Shown in pieces: positions 1 to 14,003 of a stretch of DNA of 64,000 bases. The number at the start of each line of letters is the position of its first letter. Within the stretch, counting starts at the first letter, position 1. This stretch comes from the human T2T-CHM13v2.0 reference genome, Homo sapiens. The notes under the pieces are model-generated. The model worked only from the letters and a program-made list of their open reading frames with translations, searched no databases and was not told where the DNA came from. The position numbers were made by a program, and so were the translations under genes. The stretch lies in assembly GCF_009914755.1 (NCBI RefSeq), contig NC_060927.1; one strand, given 5' to 3'.

Positions 1-81
1 GGTTACAGTGAGCCGAGATCACAGCACTGCACTCCAGCCTGGGCCAGAGAGTAAGACTCCATTGCAAAACAAACAAACAAA
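1..81 (+). mobile_element. Alu 3' end, cut by window edge
   Basis: GTGAGCCGAGATC...CACTGCACTCCAGCCTGGG followed by an (AAAC)n tail. Confidence 0.95.
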
Positions 82-179
82 TACCATGATGATTATATGA
101 ATTAGGAAAAGAAGACAATTAAAAATGGATGATAGTTTAAAACAGTTGTAGTATAAAACAATGTTCAAATGAGAAATAA

Positions 180-505
<326 letters not shown>

Positions 506-920
506 CCAAAGGATTCTTCAAAAGCAAATTGATTTATTGTTAACGTTTAAATTGAAATTAAAATAGACATTCTAAAGCTTTTAACGATGCAATAACTTTT
601 TTTGTAAAAGGTCTTCTCTGTCTCCCAGGGGTGTGGCCACCAGCAGTTGAGAAGTGCCATTCAGATACTCTCAGAGGTCTCGTCTAGTCAAACAATTTGT
701 GTCTTAGTAAATTCAGTCCTGCCCTGCAGCAGCAGCCATTCCCATAGACATGAGGGATGCATTGGAGTGCTGCCTGAGCTACCTATTGTTTCTTGGGATG
801 GTGAGCTAGTCTCTGATTCAGGTAGATAATGGGATATAATGTTTATTATTGGAATAACTTCAATAAATTCTATTTTCTGATCACATACTAGTAATAGGTA
901 CCAGGTATGATTTTCTAGAC

Positions 921-1253
921 CAGAGGTTTGCAAACTAACTATAGCCCAAGGGCCCCAACTTGCCATCCACCTGTTTTTATATGACCTGCAAGCTAAAAAT
1001 AGTTTGTATATTTTTAAATAATTGGGAAAAAACTAAAAATTTTATGACACATGAAAATTATATCATACTCAAATGTCAGTGCCTGTAAATAAACTTGTAT
1101 TAGAACATAGCCATGATCACTTGTTTATATATTGTCTATGGCTGCTTTAACACCACAATGGTAGAGGTGAATAGTTGCAACAGAAGTTGCATAGCTCACA
1201 ATACCTAAAATATTCATCATGTGGCCCATTACAGAAAAGTTTGCTGATCCCTT
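921..1253 (+). mobile_element. MER58B hAT-Charlie DNA transposon
   Basis: Decayed TIRs CAGAGGTTTGCAAACT...AGTTTGCTGATCCCTT. Internal ATTGTCTATGGCTGCTTT. 8-bp TSD TTCTAGAC (913-920) / TTCTAGAA (1254-1261). Confidence 0.85.
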
Positions 1254-1684
1254 TTCTAGAAACTTGATATGCATCTATGAAGAAAACAGACAAAAAATGT
1301 GGAGTCTATTTTCAAGCAGAAGAACACAGAATAAATAATAAACATAAAAAATTAAACAGTATATTAGAAGAGGGTAAGTGCAGTGTAAAATAAAAAAGAG
1401 ACTAGGAAAGGTCGGACGGGGAGTGTGGGGGTCAAAAGAGTAGCAGATTGCAATACTACATTTCATTTTATGTCTTCCTAGCCATAGCTTAAATCTTACC
1501 TAAACTTACAGCAGGAGTATTTCAAATCTAAAATCAACTTACATGTCATAGGGAATGTACCATGGAATCTAAGAATTCTTCAAGAAAGGGTAGAGAGAAA
1601 AAGTGGATTTGCATTTCCATGCCAAAGAGCAGTGGTTTGTCGGAGAAGAATTGTTTTCACCATTATTTATGAGACATGGAGAAC

Positions 1685-1917
1685 CTGGTGTGCGGTGGCA
1701 CTTCTGAAGTCAGACAGTTTGAGGTTTAATTATCTCTTCTGTTACTAATCATCTGACTAGCCTTGAGCAAACTGATAGCAAACCTCTCTGAGCCTAAGGT
1801 TCCCCATTTATAAAATGGAGATAACCCCTACCTCACACATTGCAAGAATGAAAAGGATATAATTTCTCATAAGAGTCCGACACAGGGCATACAATTGATA
1901 GGTGCTCAAGAAATATT
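1685..1917 (+). mobile_element. MIR SINE
   Basis: Core CCTTGAGCAA...AACCTCTCTGAGCCT...TATAAAATGGAGATAA and 3' GTGCTCAAGAAATATT. Confidence 0.75.
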
Positions 1918-3113
1918 CCTCCCCCTCACTCCTAATGAAATTTAAATTCTTGGCTCCCTATCAAAGAATTTGCATAGTGCCCTTTAACCTTCTGTTAATT
2001 TTTGAAAACCTCCAACCCAATCCAAACCAGACAAAACTAACAGCAAATGACCAACAAGAGTATTCAACAGAGAGCTTTCCCGCTTCCTTAGACAGGCGCA
2101 TCCACGAAAGTGATGGCTTTTCCTGTTTTATGATTATGCCAGATTATTTCATTACACATGTATTTCTTTTTTATATCTTTCTGCCACCCCCTGTCACCAC
2201 TACCACCAATTTTGTTCTCTGTTGATTCCTCTTAAATCCTTAAGTAGGACCATGATGCAGTTGTCTGAGTCATCCTTCCCTGGGTTCCTACGACATTAAA
2301 AAAAAGGCTAAATTAAATGTCAGAAGAGACACTTTCTTTTCTTTGATAAACTATAGAAATAAACACGTCTCTTTTTTTCTTCCTGGGGTCAAAAGAATGG
2401 ACAGTAAATTTGGAGCAGTGTTCCTCCTAAATTTGCCTTATATGTGATCTTTATTTTGAAATATTTACAAAATAATTTTGATCTTTAAACTCTTTCCCTC
2501 TATGTCCTTATAAAATAAAAATTTAAATAGTTTTACATGTTAGCCTTTTAAAATTAACTTTTTTCTGATTTATATATTATGACATAAAAATTGAAATTAT
2601 ATTATTATCGTTATAGAAATTTTAAAATTCGAAATATAAATTTACAGTGAATGAATGTTGTCTTGAAGTTTCTCTTGTTCCTTGTGTGGTGTTTCATTAA
2701 ACTGTAATTCCGTATTACCTAAATTGAGGAAACGTTTTTCTCAGCTTTTCTTCATTGCCATTACCAAAGTGACTCAAAATCTTCAAAGCACAGTTAAAAC
2801 ACTGAATTGTGCCGTAATGAGAAGGGCCTTCTGCATAGGGAGTGTGACCCTCCCTCCTAGACTCTCTGTCTCTTGTCTTTGGCACTCATGACAGTTTAAT
2901 AGTTAGAAGGCACCTTCAAGGTCCGTTAGGCCAACTTCTCATCAAATGTCCCAAGGTCTATATGCCCCTTACAGTTCAGCCATTCCCAAGAGGCAACCCA
3001 TTCAGCTATTAAGTAGCTCGAAATGTCCAGGTTCTTTCTTCATTTGGTTAGAGATCTGCTTCTTACATTCTTTATGTCTTGGTCCTGCAACTGTAGTTCT
3101 TTATAGCATAATG

Positions 3114-3268
3114 CAGTGGTTCTCAGATTGTGGTCCCCAGACCAGCAGCATCGGCATCACCTGGGAACTTGCATGAACTGGAAAGTGTGGGCTTGGGTCT
3201 CATCAATCTGGTTTAGGAAGTTGAACTCCAGATGACAATGATGCACACTAAAGTCTGGGATGCACAGA
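3114..3268 (+). mobile_element. MER5A hAT DNA transposon
   Basis: CAGTGGTTCTCA...GTGGTCCCCAGACCAGCAGCATCGGCATCACCTGGGAACTTG...GATGCACACTAAAGT. Confidence 0.85.
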
Positions 3269-3274
3269 TGTCCT

Positions 3275-3490
3275 ATAGTAGAAAGTGGGTGGGGCTTTGG
3301 AATGAGGAACCCCTGGCCCAGAAACCCAGATCCTGGCCCTCTGTGATCTTAGGGCAACCCCTCAGTTTTCTCCTGGTCAGATGGAGCTGATGGGGGCAGC
3401 TAATTCACAGGCGTGCTGACAGAATTCAATGATACCCCATAGGTAAAGCACAGAGCAGAAAATCCAACATACTGTGAGCACTCAAAATCG
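3275..3490 (+). mobile_element. MIR SINE (diverged)
   Basis: CTGTGATCTTAGGGCAA...CCTCAGTTTTCTC...GTAAAGCAC...TGAGCACTCAAAA. Confidence 0.6.
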
Positions 3491-3629
3491 GCGTGTAGTG
3501 TTATAGAGTCATGCAACGCATTTATTGGATGCCTTTGAGTAACAGTCTACATAGAGTCCATGTGTTTGATAATTAACAAGTTGAGAAAAAAGTTTACATA
3601 TAACACTCTAGACATGAAACTGTTAAATA

Positions 3630-3700
3630 CCTTCATTTTACAGATGAAAAATCCGATATTCAGAGAGGCTAAGTGACATGTTCAAAGGCACACAGCTGGT
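3630..3700 (-). mobile_element. MIR core fragment
   Basis: CATTTTACAGATGAAAAA...CAGAGAGGCTAAGTGAC...CACACAGCTGGT. Confidence 0.7.
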
Positions 3701-3880
3701 CCTACAATTGATGCCTTAGCAGCCTGAGCTCCAATTCTTGATAAAATGCCCAGTGGTCACCTTAAATTTCTTCAGAACAGAGTGGGATATAAATAAGAAA
3801 GCAAATATAAGCAAATAAATAACCAGAACACCCAATAATGGGTACGAATGCTCAAATAATGTGAGCATGATGCAGTTACT

Positions 3881-3948
3881 TGAGTCATTCTTCACTGGAT
3901 TCCTGTGACATAAAAGGAAGTCCTGTGATTGGTGTCTGGAAGTCCTGT
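3881..3948. promoter_or_regulatory. Candidate enhancer motif cluster (AP-1, 2x ETS, CCAAT)
   Basis: TGAGTCA at 3881. GGAAGTCCTGT repeated at 3916 and 3938, flanking ATTGG. Motif evidence only. Confidence 0.3.
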
Positions 3949-5677
3949 AAGTGCCTCCCAGCCCCTGGCTCTTCAGTCAACACATGTTTATTTGTCACTT
4001 TAATGGAGCAATAAAATATCTAGTCCTGGGTCTGGTGATTACACAAGTAGGGACTTCAAATGTGTCAGTATATTATCTGAATTACTTTAATATTTTTGTA
4101 CACAATTCTGAGGAGTACAAACAGATACAAAACTTTTATGGTACCAAGTGAAGTAGTCCAGTACCATGTCTTTTAGGTTAACCGAAATCCCAGGTATAAC
4201 ATTAAAAATTATATTCAGATATCATGAAATATGTGGGGGTATTTCTTGCCCTTACAGTTAACAAGAAATGAAGAGTCATTTTGCTGTGCCCTTGCCTGGG
4301 AGAACTAAAAGGTTATTTCTTGCCTTCATATGCCACAAAAGTCTGTTTCACAGACTGGAAGGAATAAGCATCTTTACTTTAAACAACCTGCTTCCAGTTT
4401 TGTGTGGCTGTTGATATTATAGAACCAGTGGCAGAGGCCAAGGCAGGAAAATGGGCTGGGTTACTTATAACTCTTTGAATGTGGACACATCAGCTTGCGG
4501 GAAGGAAACTATTTAAAATGGGGCTTAGGGAAAGGGGGAAAAAAATCCCCTTTCCCCATATGAGATTCTTCCACGGTGTTGTCATGCAATCTTGAAAACC
4601 TCCATAGAACAGTAGATCACTCTCATTGGATATATGCAAATTTTCTGAGACCCAGTGGTTTCCTGCCAGGAAAAACTTATAATAACAGAGCAAGAATGCA
4701 ATTTGAGCCCTTGCTTTCTGAAATCCCTGAAAGAACAGACTCATTCTTGACAGGGCAATTTCAGCCCTTGACATTCCAGGAAATAGCTCCATAATGTCAT
4801 TTGGGCTGGGCTTGTAACCAGTCCTAAGATGTGGAGACACAAATGCAGCATGTAAGATTTCAAATATCAGTTCAGGGACCATTCTTGATTTTCACAGGGA
4901 GTTTAACAACAAAAACCACCAACAGAAGAAAACACAAGCAAGACATCCTAATTAAATTTAACATTGTCACTACTAATTAAACCCAATATAGGAAGAGGAA
5001 GGGTTTCTGCCAAGAAATTACAGACACATCCTGAAGCCTATTTCCTTTCCATTTCCTAGGTACTGGGTCCATGCCATAACCAGGATGTGACACCCAAACA
5101 AGACTGTATTTTGATCATTAATATATACGCATAAGTTAACCCCACCCTGGGGCCTCAAAGGCCTTTATGAGATGTGCTGGTCTTCGCATTTCGATGTGTT
5201 TCATTTTCTCTGGGTTCAGTACAGTTGAAAAAGGTTATGAGACTCAGGTTAAAAGTCAGGAAACGGATCAGGGCCCTATACTATGACATCATTTTCTTGC
5301 AATGCAATGAAGCAATGACATTTCCTGGAGGAAAAATTATTAGAGATGACAGGCAGCCTCAGTTATCTCCAATATTTGGAGTGGAAGGTGTCAAGCCTGC
5401 AAGCCTCCAGCTCCAGCCTCCTTCCCTGCTCTTCCTTGGCTGGGCCTTCTCAAAGGTGAAGCGAGAGAGAAAGAGAGAGCGAGAGACCAAGCCCACTTCC
5501 ATTTTTTTTAATAGTCCTGGTATATTTTTAAATGAAGATATGCTAAAACTTAGTTATAAAAACTGTGTGATTTTTCATTATTAAAGCAATTAACACTCTA
5601 CAACAAAAAATATGTGTAATATAAGCTTGCAATTTACAAAATAGTTTCCAGATTTATTTTTTAAAGTGACATCTAGG

Positions 5678-5823
5678 CAGAGCTACCTGGTATGACTGTG
5701 CAGGTTGACCAAGGGGAAGAGCGGGGATTAAAATCTGGTTCACAATTGCCAAACCTGGTGCAGGGCTGTATCTGCCTTTTTCTGATTCACACAAATGTTA
5801 CACCACAAGTGATAGGTTGTCTT
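5678..5823 (+). mobile_element. MER91A-like hAT-Tip100 DNA transposon
   Basis: CTGTGCAGGTTG...GCGGGGATTAAAATCTGG...GGGCTGTATCTGCCTTTTTCTGATTCACACAAA resembles the MER91A consensus as recalled. Confidence 0.55.
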
Positions 5824-7924
5824 ACAATAGGGCATAGGTTTAAGTGAACGATGAACCAGTTTCGTGCTTTCAATCTTAAGTATCTCTCTGACTGTAGGAA
5901 TAACATATCTTGGGGGTATCTCCAGAAGTATAAATTTAGGGAGCTGCCTAATTGTGAGTCCTGGGACAAATGAGCCTCCTGGCAGGTCACCCCAGGCACA
6001 TAGGGAATCTTTTCAGATTTACAAAAAGGTGGTGTTGATGAGACAACACAGGCTGTGTGAAACACGTGGTTTGGAGAACAGGAGCCCTGGGCTAGGTTTC
6101 AGCCTGGCCAGGTGCTTTTGTGCAAATTGTACAATTGTAGTGACACTACTGGCCTCCCATATGGTAGACCTTGACCTGGACTCCACATGCAGACGGACCT
6201 GCTCCAGCTCTTAAAAACCAGTTTAGAGACCTGAATCGAAGCCAGAAGAGTTTAAGGGCTTAAGTCAACACACTGAGACTCCACATCAAACCACTCTTGC
6301 TTCTCCATCTCTGCCTTTATGACTGGGTTTAGATAACTGGGCTTCTGCTACATACCTCTGTTCCAGTGTCTGGGTGCCCGATGAGTAATGCCCGAAACTG
6401 GGTGTCTAGTCCACTTACCATGCCCCTTCTGGGGACTGCAGGAATGTTCCATAAACAACAAACTGAGGGCTCCAGCCTTTGGACTCTTTTTTCTTCTACT
6501 TGTCCTCCCACTTGGATTCTCCTGGGAGTTAGCAGAATCCATCAAGCAATAACTGCAAACATGATAGAAGAGAACAACTCCTTAATACTTTTTTTCCATT
6601 TCAAAACAAACTACTAAGACACTTTTACTTCAGTGAACGAGAGCAAGCAGGGGTGAGAAGTTTCTATTGCAAAAAAAAAAAAATCAAAGTTATGACTTCA
6701 GAAATGTAAATTCCTAGTATCCTTGATAGATTTATATATCTAAGCAATGTTTCTAGATATTGTCCTAGGTTTGCCAAACAGATTTAAGCTCTCTATGGCA
6801 GTTGAGTGGCTAGGTGTCAGCCTTCACGAATCAAGAGTGCTTCTATAAATCATTTCACAGTAATTGGATGGGACTTGCAGTGACAAATATGCTCTTTCCT
6901 GGAGAAATTAGCGAATATCTGAAAGGCTTATATATTTCCCCAAGATTAGTCAAAACACAAGCCTAGTCGTCACACCTTTCCCTCATTATCCTGTGGTTGT
7001 TTTCTTAAATGTTGTGCGTCTTCATAAATGAGTCACTCTTTCCAAGATCTGTCAAAAGTATCAGTGGTTATAAGGCTGGGAAGCATACCAACCCTAGAAA
7101 GAAGTACAGAACTTTCAGTTATAGGCAAGAATGTAAAATGTCCAGAATTACTAGCGTTTTATTACTTTGCCAAATTTGCATTCTTACACCATTGAATCAT
7201 TCCTTTTTAAGGATTCTTTTTCCTATAGTTAAACCTAGGAGGGAGAAAAAGGTATTTATTTTGCATGATATATTCGTATAGTTACAAAATCTGGAGCCTG
7301 TATTTTTTACCATTTGAATAATGCTTCTGCTTGCCCATACATGTTGAAAGTGTTGTTTAACTTAAATATACAGATCAGACTTAGTTTAAGAATCTACCCT
7401 TTCACCTTGCTCTAGGCAAGGAGAAAGATCAAAACTTCCTATATTTTTAAAGATGACCCGGTCTTTGTTTTGAACACTTCTCACATCTCCTGTTTGTAGA
7501 AGCTCCTGCAAAGACTCCATTGTTTTTCTATTCTATAAATCTATTTCTTAAAAATAAGACTTGCATTGCTCATTCGACATCCTAGAAGATATAATTTACC
7601 TATGAGGATAGAGTCTTTATGATGATTTTTTTAAATCATAGCATTAAAAAAATAGATATTTTCAATAGAAAAGGTTGTCAGAATTGGTAGGTGAAGAAAG
7701 GTATTCATAATTGATATGTTACAATGATAAAACTGATTTAGAAAAACGAAAAAATTTATGTTATCAATTCTGCCTTGAAATACTCAAGTGACCAAAATAT
7801 TTTATATATTTTATTTTTACTTTAAAGTGACCCTAATTTATTAATTCATTCATTTTTTTCTTAGGTTGCAATAGAATATAAAATAATTCTAATTTCACTT
7901 AGTTCATTAATTTATTAAAAATTA

Positions 7925-8240
<316 letters not shown>

Positions 8241-9446
8241 AAGAATATGCAGGATGCCAGCCAGGGGTCAAGATGCAATGAATTGGGAAATGAAATCTCC
8301 CAGTCCACAAAATAAAGATAATATTAAAGTAAACATAACAAAGACGTTTGAACAGGTTAAATACTTACCAGGATAAGGACTGAAAAGCAAATCATTTTAC
8401 TTTTTTGGGTTTCCATTCTCTCACCCATAAAACAAAGGAGTCAATTAATTGAATGTAGAAAATTCTGGGACTAAAAGAAATATGTGTGAGTGTTTCAAGT
8501 GAATTTAATGTGTACGAGCTTTCACATGCTTTGTTTGGCAAATTTCATCAGGAAAATATGCTCAAAGTTGAATTATGATTTCAGATATGGAGATGGACAA
8601 TATCATAGACATAGTGAAAAACAGGAGGAAAAATATGGAGCTTGGCCATAAACAGGAGAGAATGTCTAAATGGAATGGATGGCCTGGGCGGGAGGGAGCC
8701 ACAGCAGAGAGCTGCAAAGCGAGATTGGGCTGAGTGCACGGCAAAGCTCAGATCAATCAATCAACAAGGATTTTATTCTACTCAGGTTACTTTATTTGTT
8801 AAGGGATTCTTAAGGGGGTGCCTGAGATAACAAAGCCAAGGATTATAAACTGTGCTAAGTATAATAGATTGCAAAAATATCCTAGCATCTAGCTTTGTAA
8901 GACTAGCAGAGGAAGGACATCTATAACTAGAGAGTGCTTAGGAAATATTTTAAGAATGTTCTGAGGTTCCAATTAAACAATGGGTCTTGGCTGAGGTTTA
9001 GAAACAGCAGTTGCAGGCAGCAGGGGAATGGTAACCAAAATGAAGTTATTCTCTTTGAACAACCAACACTTGGGAAGGGGACTAAACTGTTGCAAAGAAG
9101 CACTTTGGCTGTACACCAAGGAAGAATCTTCACATGTTCTCAAGATATAAACAACACTTTGGTATAGTAAGATTTCCCACAAGACTCATTTCTCTCAGAG
9201 ATATAAAAGTGAGGAAAACATGTGATGCTCTGGAGTGCTATGTCTCTTATGCAATGAGATCTTGGTCAAGTCCAGTGCATTGCCCTTTCTGCTTTGCCTG
9301 CCAGGAAGCTGGCAACAGAATTTAGATTTAAATCTAGGACGTACACTAAAAGGTCTAACCTTGTCTTTTATGTTTAAATTACTGCTTTGTCTTTTGCTCT
9401 TATCTTGAAAATTTTGCTGTATTTGTATCTGTCATTATATGCCACC

Positions 9447-9625
9447 TCATTCATTCATCTAGTTCAAAGATATTTACTGAGGACTTACTTTGTATGAGAC
9501 ACATCAAGTTCTTTTAGAAGACAGACAGAATGTGGCTCTGGACTGGCAGGCAGGAGACCTGAGCTTTAATATCAACTCTGTTTCTGACTTGTGCTGTGTT
9601 TCGGTCTTAGGGCTTGATGTTTATA
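9447..9625. mobile_element. L2 3'-end fragment (-) followed by MIR fragment (+)
   Basis: CATTCATTCAT...ATATTTACTGAG, then GGCAGGAGACCTGAGCTTTAAT...GACTTGTGCTGTGT. Confidence 0.45.
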
Positions 9626-9700
9626 CTCGGAATACAGTTCAGGCATTTTCCAGATGAACAAAGGCTCTGGGGCATATAGGTGGTTTTCCTAGTAACTCAC

Positions 9701-9854
9701 CCCATCTTCCTCTCTTTTGAGAATGGATTTTTCCCCCAAGGGTCTTTGATCCTACAGCTGCAGACATTCTGGCACCAGGGAGCCTTAAAGGTCAAGGACT
9801 GAAGACACACAGAGGTCAATGAAATCAGGGGACATCTTAGTAACTGCTGAGAAC
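9701..9854 (-). other. Candidate 154-nt internal exon (non-coding)
   Basis: Minus-strand acceptor GCTCTCCCCCACAG|G and donor GGG|GTGAGT in non-repeat DNA. No transcript evidence. Confidence 0.3.
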
Positions 9855-10886
9855 CTGTGGGGGAGAGCACTACGGCTTCCAAGATGAATGAATGATGTCA
9901 TTGGTGGTATAAATAAGCGTGCACTTGCTAAGCTCTGACAGGAATCCAACAGGTGTGTTCTGGAACAGTGCAAACAGAAGAGACCCTTCAAAGAAAAACA
10001 GCCAGAAAACTGCTTCCTTTCACCTGTGAGGTCTTCTTTTTGATTGCAGGCTCCCAAAGATTGAGCACCATGGGGTACAAAGGCAAGCGTGTGCACTTGA
10101 GCCTGTTTTCTCATCTGTGCAATAGGGGAGTTGGATCCACTACTGTAATCTTCTAGCCCCTCTGACTCTAATTGTCTATGATTTGATGACTATCAGTTTT
10201 CTTTTCAGCCTTCTGGCTCTACCACTCCACCCAGAGAGTTGCCCTTACCATCCTCTTCAAATACAATAAAAAACAATATGCAAATAAAGACAGTGAAAAC
10301 ACTTGTATAATGGCAATTCTAAAGGACAAGATTGAGTCCTACTTAAGTATTACTGAGTTATGTCAAAGACTTGCTGGATAGCTGGATGTGGTTATTACTT
10401 CCCAAAATATATCCCTTCCTTCAGAGCATATCCAAATCCATAACAAACTATGTTTACACAATTCTGCTATGTATGCATATATGAACCCATATTCCCATAT
10501 TGCTTAGCACAGTGATATGTATCTAATAAATGTGAGAGTATCTGAGTAACTTTCGAATCTAAGAACCATCAAATATTTTTATTTTACCTCAGTAATTTAT
10601 ATGTAAAACAAATATCTGGGAGAATAAAGGCGCAAATACAGAGAAGGCACAATTCCTGCCCCAAAGAGTTTATTGATTTAGTGGAAGTGCATAAAAATGT
10701 AACCAGAATTGTGTAAAAAATACCTAGTAGGTTCAGTGGCATTTAAAATATGCACATATGAAATGCTACAAGCTTATTTACAGTGAATATTAATATTGGA
10801 CACCACCCACGACATTAAGTGCTGAGTATACAAAAAGTAGCAAATGGCCCTGCACTTGATGGCCCTGTAATCTTCAAAATGATATA

Positions 10887-11190
10887 CAGCTGTGCCTCAG
10901 TAAGGGGGCAGGATTGGGACCCCACATATACCAAAATCTGAAGATGCTCAGGTTCTTTATATAAAAGTAGTATTTGCGTATAACCTAGGTACATCCTCCT
11001 TTGTACTTTAAATCATCTCTAGGTTACTTACAATACTTAATGCAATGTAAATGCAATGTAAATAATTGTTATACTATATTATTTCTGTCATTTTTAATCG
11101 TTGTATTTTTTTATTTGCTTTAAAAAATATTTTGATCTGTCGTTGATTGAATCCATGAAAGCGGAACCCCTGGATAGGGAGGGCCAAGTA
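10887..11190 (+). mobile_element. MER2/MER2B TcMar-Tigger DNA transposon
   Basis: ATACCAAAATCTGAAGATGCTCA...TTTAAATCATCTCTAG...TTGAATCCATG..GCGGAACCC..GGAGGGCC, with TA flanks on both sides. Confidence 0.85.
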
Positions 11191-11196
11191 TACATG

Positions 11197-11750
11197 ATTC
11201 ATTCATTCCTTCAATCTCCAAACAAGTATTGAGCGCTTACTGTGTGGAAAACACTGTGATAGGCACTTTGCAGGACCAAGGCCTACTTAATACACAGTTC
11301 CTGTCTTCAAGGATTTTAAATGCAGTAGGAGTGAAGAAACAGACAGCAAAGCAGAATTGAAAAGATGTATCAGTAAAGAGCTATAGAGAACACTCTGAGG
11401 TTAGAGTAATTATGCCCTGGGATCAGGAAAGCCTTCACAATGGAGTGGCACTTGATCAAGACCTGCAAAGATTATAGCATTTTAATGGTGGAGACAAAGA
11501 GGAAACACATCTCAGAAAGAGAGGTCAGTGAGAATAAAAGCGCAGAGGCATGAAAATTAATGCATGCCCTGGGAATAGCAAGCAGGCTGGTGTAGCTGGA
11601 GCGTGGAATCCAAAATGGATGGAGGAAATGAGGCCATGAAGTTAGGACGCAGCTGGCACATGAAGGGCTTCCAGTGCCTTACTAAACCTACTGATTTTAT
11701 TCAGCTAGCAGTAGGGAGCTAGTAGAGGTCCAAGAAGGCCAGAACAAATC
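11197..11750 (-). mobile_element. L2 LINE 3' portion
   Basis: ATTCATTCATTC...TATTGAGCGCTTACTGTGTG...CACAGTTCCTGTCTTCAAGGA. Confidence 0.75.
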
Positions 11751-11879
11751 AGAGGCTACATATTCAGTATCAAATATCAATACCTTCTGAAATCAATGAC
11801 TGCTAAAAAACAAGTCGAGTGGAAACAATGGGTTCTTCTAAATTAGGAGACCAAGATTTAGGGGCAATATTGATACTCT

Positions 11880-12197
11880 TCACCTACCCAGCTCCAATCC
11901 ATTCTTTATATTTCAAAGTGGACATTCCTTCCACAGGGAAGCCTCCCCTTTACCTCAATTGAGCCAGATCTCTCTGCTGTGTACCCAGGGATCCCTGTAC
12001 TTTTCCTTTGTGGCTTGTAGTAGATTTTATAATTGTATATTTGCCTGTGTTTGATTAATATATGTGTCCTGCATTGGACCATAAACTATGTGAGAGCAGA
12101 GATTATGTTTCTGCTTTGCCAGTCAATTTTTTGACAGGCTACCCGCTATGCCCGTATGAAGTAAAATATTTGATAAATGAATGAATGAACGAATGAA
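11880..12197 (+). mobile_element. L2 LINE 3' end
   Basis: CTTCCACAGGGAAGCCTCCCC...AACTATGTGAGAGCAGAGATTATGT...AAATGAATGAATGAA tail. Confidence 0.75.
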
Positions 12198-12265
12198 ATA
12201 TAGGAGAGGACACAGTGTGTTGGAGAATGATGATAAGAGATCATATCTGGAGCCTTATAAGTAGG

Positions 12266-12775
12266 TGTGGTGGTTTTAAAATGTGGATGTAAAATTCCTT
12301 GATGTTGTTCTCGTCGAAAGTTCGAATTGATATTCTTTGCCCTTAAATCTGAGCAAACTTGCAATGATCAGAGAGCAGCAAAAATGGTGTGTGACTTCTA
12401 AGGCTGCTATGTTGGAACCACGTGGTTCTTTTGGGGTGCTTGCTGTGGGAGAAGCCGGCTGCAATGTAACAGGTATGACCACCCTAAAACCTGCAAGTCA
12501 GAGAGACCACGATGCTAGAGAAGCCATGTACAGGCACTTCAGTTGACAGACTGAGCTCAGTTCTGCCAAGAAAGGTGAGTGAAGTTGTCTTGAACTCTTT
12601 GGACTATCTCATCTGCCAGCTGAGATGACCTCAACAATTGCCCCAAGAAGCAAAAAAATTGCCCAGCTGAGCCCTGCCTGAATATCAGACCCATAGAACT
12701 CATTTGTATGATAAAATGTTGTTTTATGCCAATAAATTTGGGATAATTTGTTACATAGCAATAGTAGCTAAAATA
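12266..12775 (+). mobile_element. MLT1 (F/G/H-like) MaLR solo LTR
   Basis: Starts TGTGGTGGTTTTAAAAT. Contains TGCCCAGCTGAGCCCTGCCTGAAT. Ends TTTGTTACATAGCAATAG. Confidence 0.8.
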
Positions 12776-12799
12776 TCAGCAAAAAGTCTCAATAGAATC

Positions 12800-12920
12800 C
12801 TCCCCAATAACCTGTAACAGATGAGGAAATTGAGATCCTGAGAGATTAGCTAATTTATCCAAGTTTCTAATTTGGTAGCAGTAAAGCAACCAGTCTTCTG
12901 ACCCCCGGGCCATTGCCTTT
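12800..12920 (-). mobile_element. MIR fragment
   Basis: ACAGATGAGGAAATTGAG...AGAGATTAGCTAATTTATCCAAG. Confidence 0.6.
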
Positions 12921-14003
12921 TTCTCTCTAATGTATGATAATGCACTAAGAAATTTTCTATATAATTATATGCCAAGTCTAAAGACCATCTCTTTATCAAG
13001 CCACATTTGTATCCCCATTGATACTTTTATTCTCATTGATAATTAAATGGATCAGTCAAACTCCTTTACATATACACAAAAAGTGAACTGTGGCCTTAGA
13101 TATGTGGAGTTTACAAACACTGTAGGTAATTTGGACATTTGAATGTAACTACCTCCCAATTAGAGGAAGAAACATCTTCAAGTATATAAAACACAGTAAT
13201 ATTTCTTCTTAAATTTGTGCCATTCTAATCCTTAACTTCCTAAGTTTTGAAGGCTGTCAGTTCCAAATTCACTGAAAGAACTTTTCTACTGAAAGAAAAA
13301 TGCTGCCTCTATTAATATCAACCTTTTCCCCTGCAGAACACTTGCTTGCTAGTGATTTATTGTGGACAAGCTTCTTCCTGCTCCTTTTGAAAGTTAATTT
13401 TTTTTTAATCATGCAAGTAGAGGATGAATTCCTCATCTCTTGCCCCAGGACAATTTAGTTAAGCTAATCTTCAGGAGAGAGTTTGGGTATTTACAATTCA
13501 CAAATTGATGCTGCTTGTAACACAAAAGAGAAAAGGGTCTTGCTGCTGTGTTTGATGTCAATTGGGAACTAATCCAAAAACAAATAAGGAAGACCAGCCC
13601 ATGCAGCCTGTATGGGTAAAGATCCTTTTAGATCTTGGGACCTTGCAATTATATCATAAAGATGGAAATTTTTTCCTTTAAAAAGATCAAAGATATGATC
13701 CTTTTGTTTGTGGCAATGTCATTATTTTTTTAAAGGCTGAGGAAAACAACAACTAAATATCTCCATAACTGTATCCCAATGAAAACTGTGTACACTGATG
13801 ATTCAAAAGTTAATGTTTAGCTTATTGCAACATTTTTCCTATTCACATAGTGAAACCATTAATAATTAAAGGAAAGACAAATGTTCAATTCTATTCTGAA
13901 TTTCCTTCTCACCGTCGCGACTTCACAGATTTCAACAAATGTTAGTTCTTTAAAATCCCACCTGTGATATAGAAGGATGTGTACATGGCTTTAAGTGATG
14001 TTA

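Noticed and set aside
4490-6617. 116-136-aa ORFs in unique DNA
   Set aside because: No recognisable homology, mostly non-ATG starts, and lengths expected by chance
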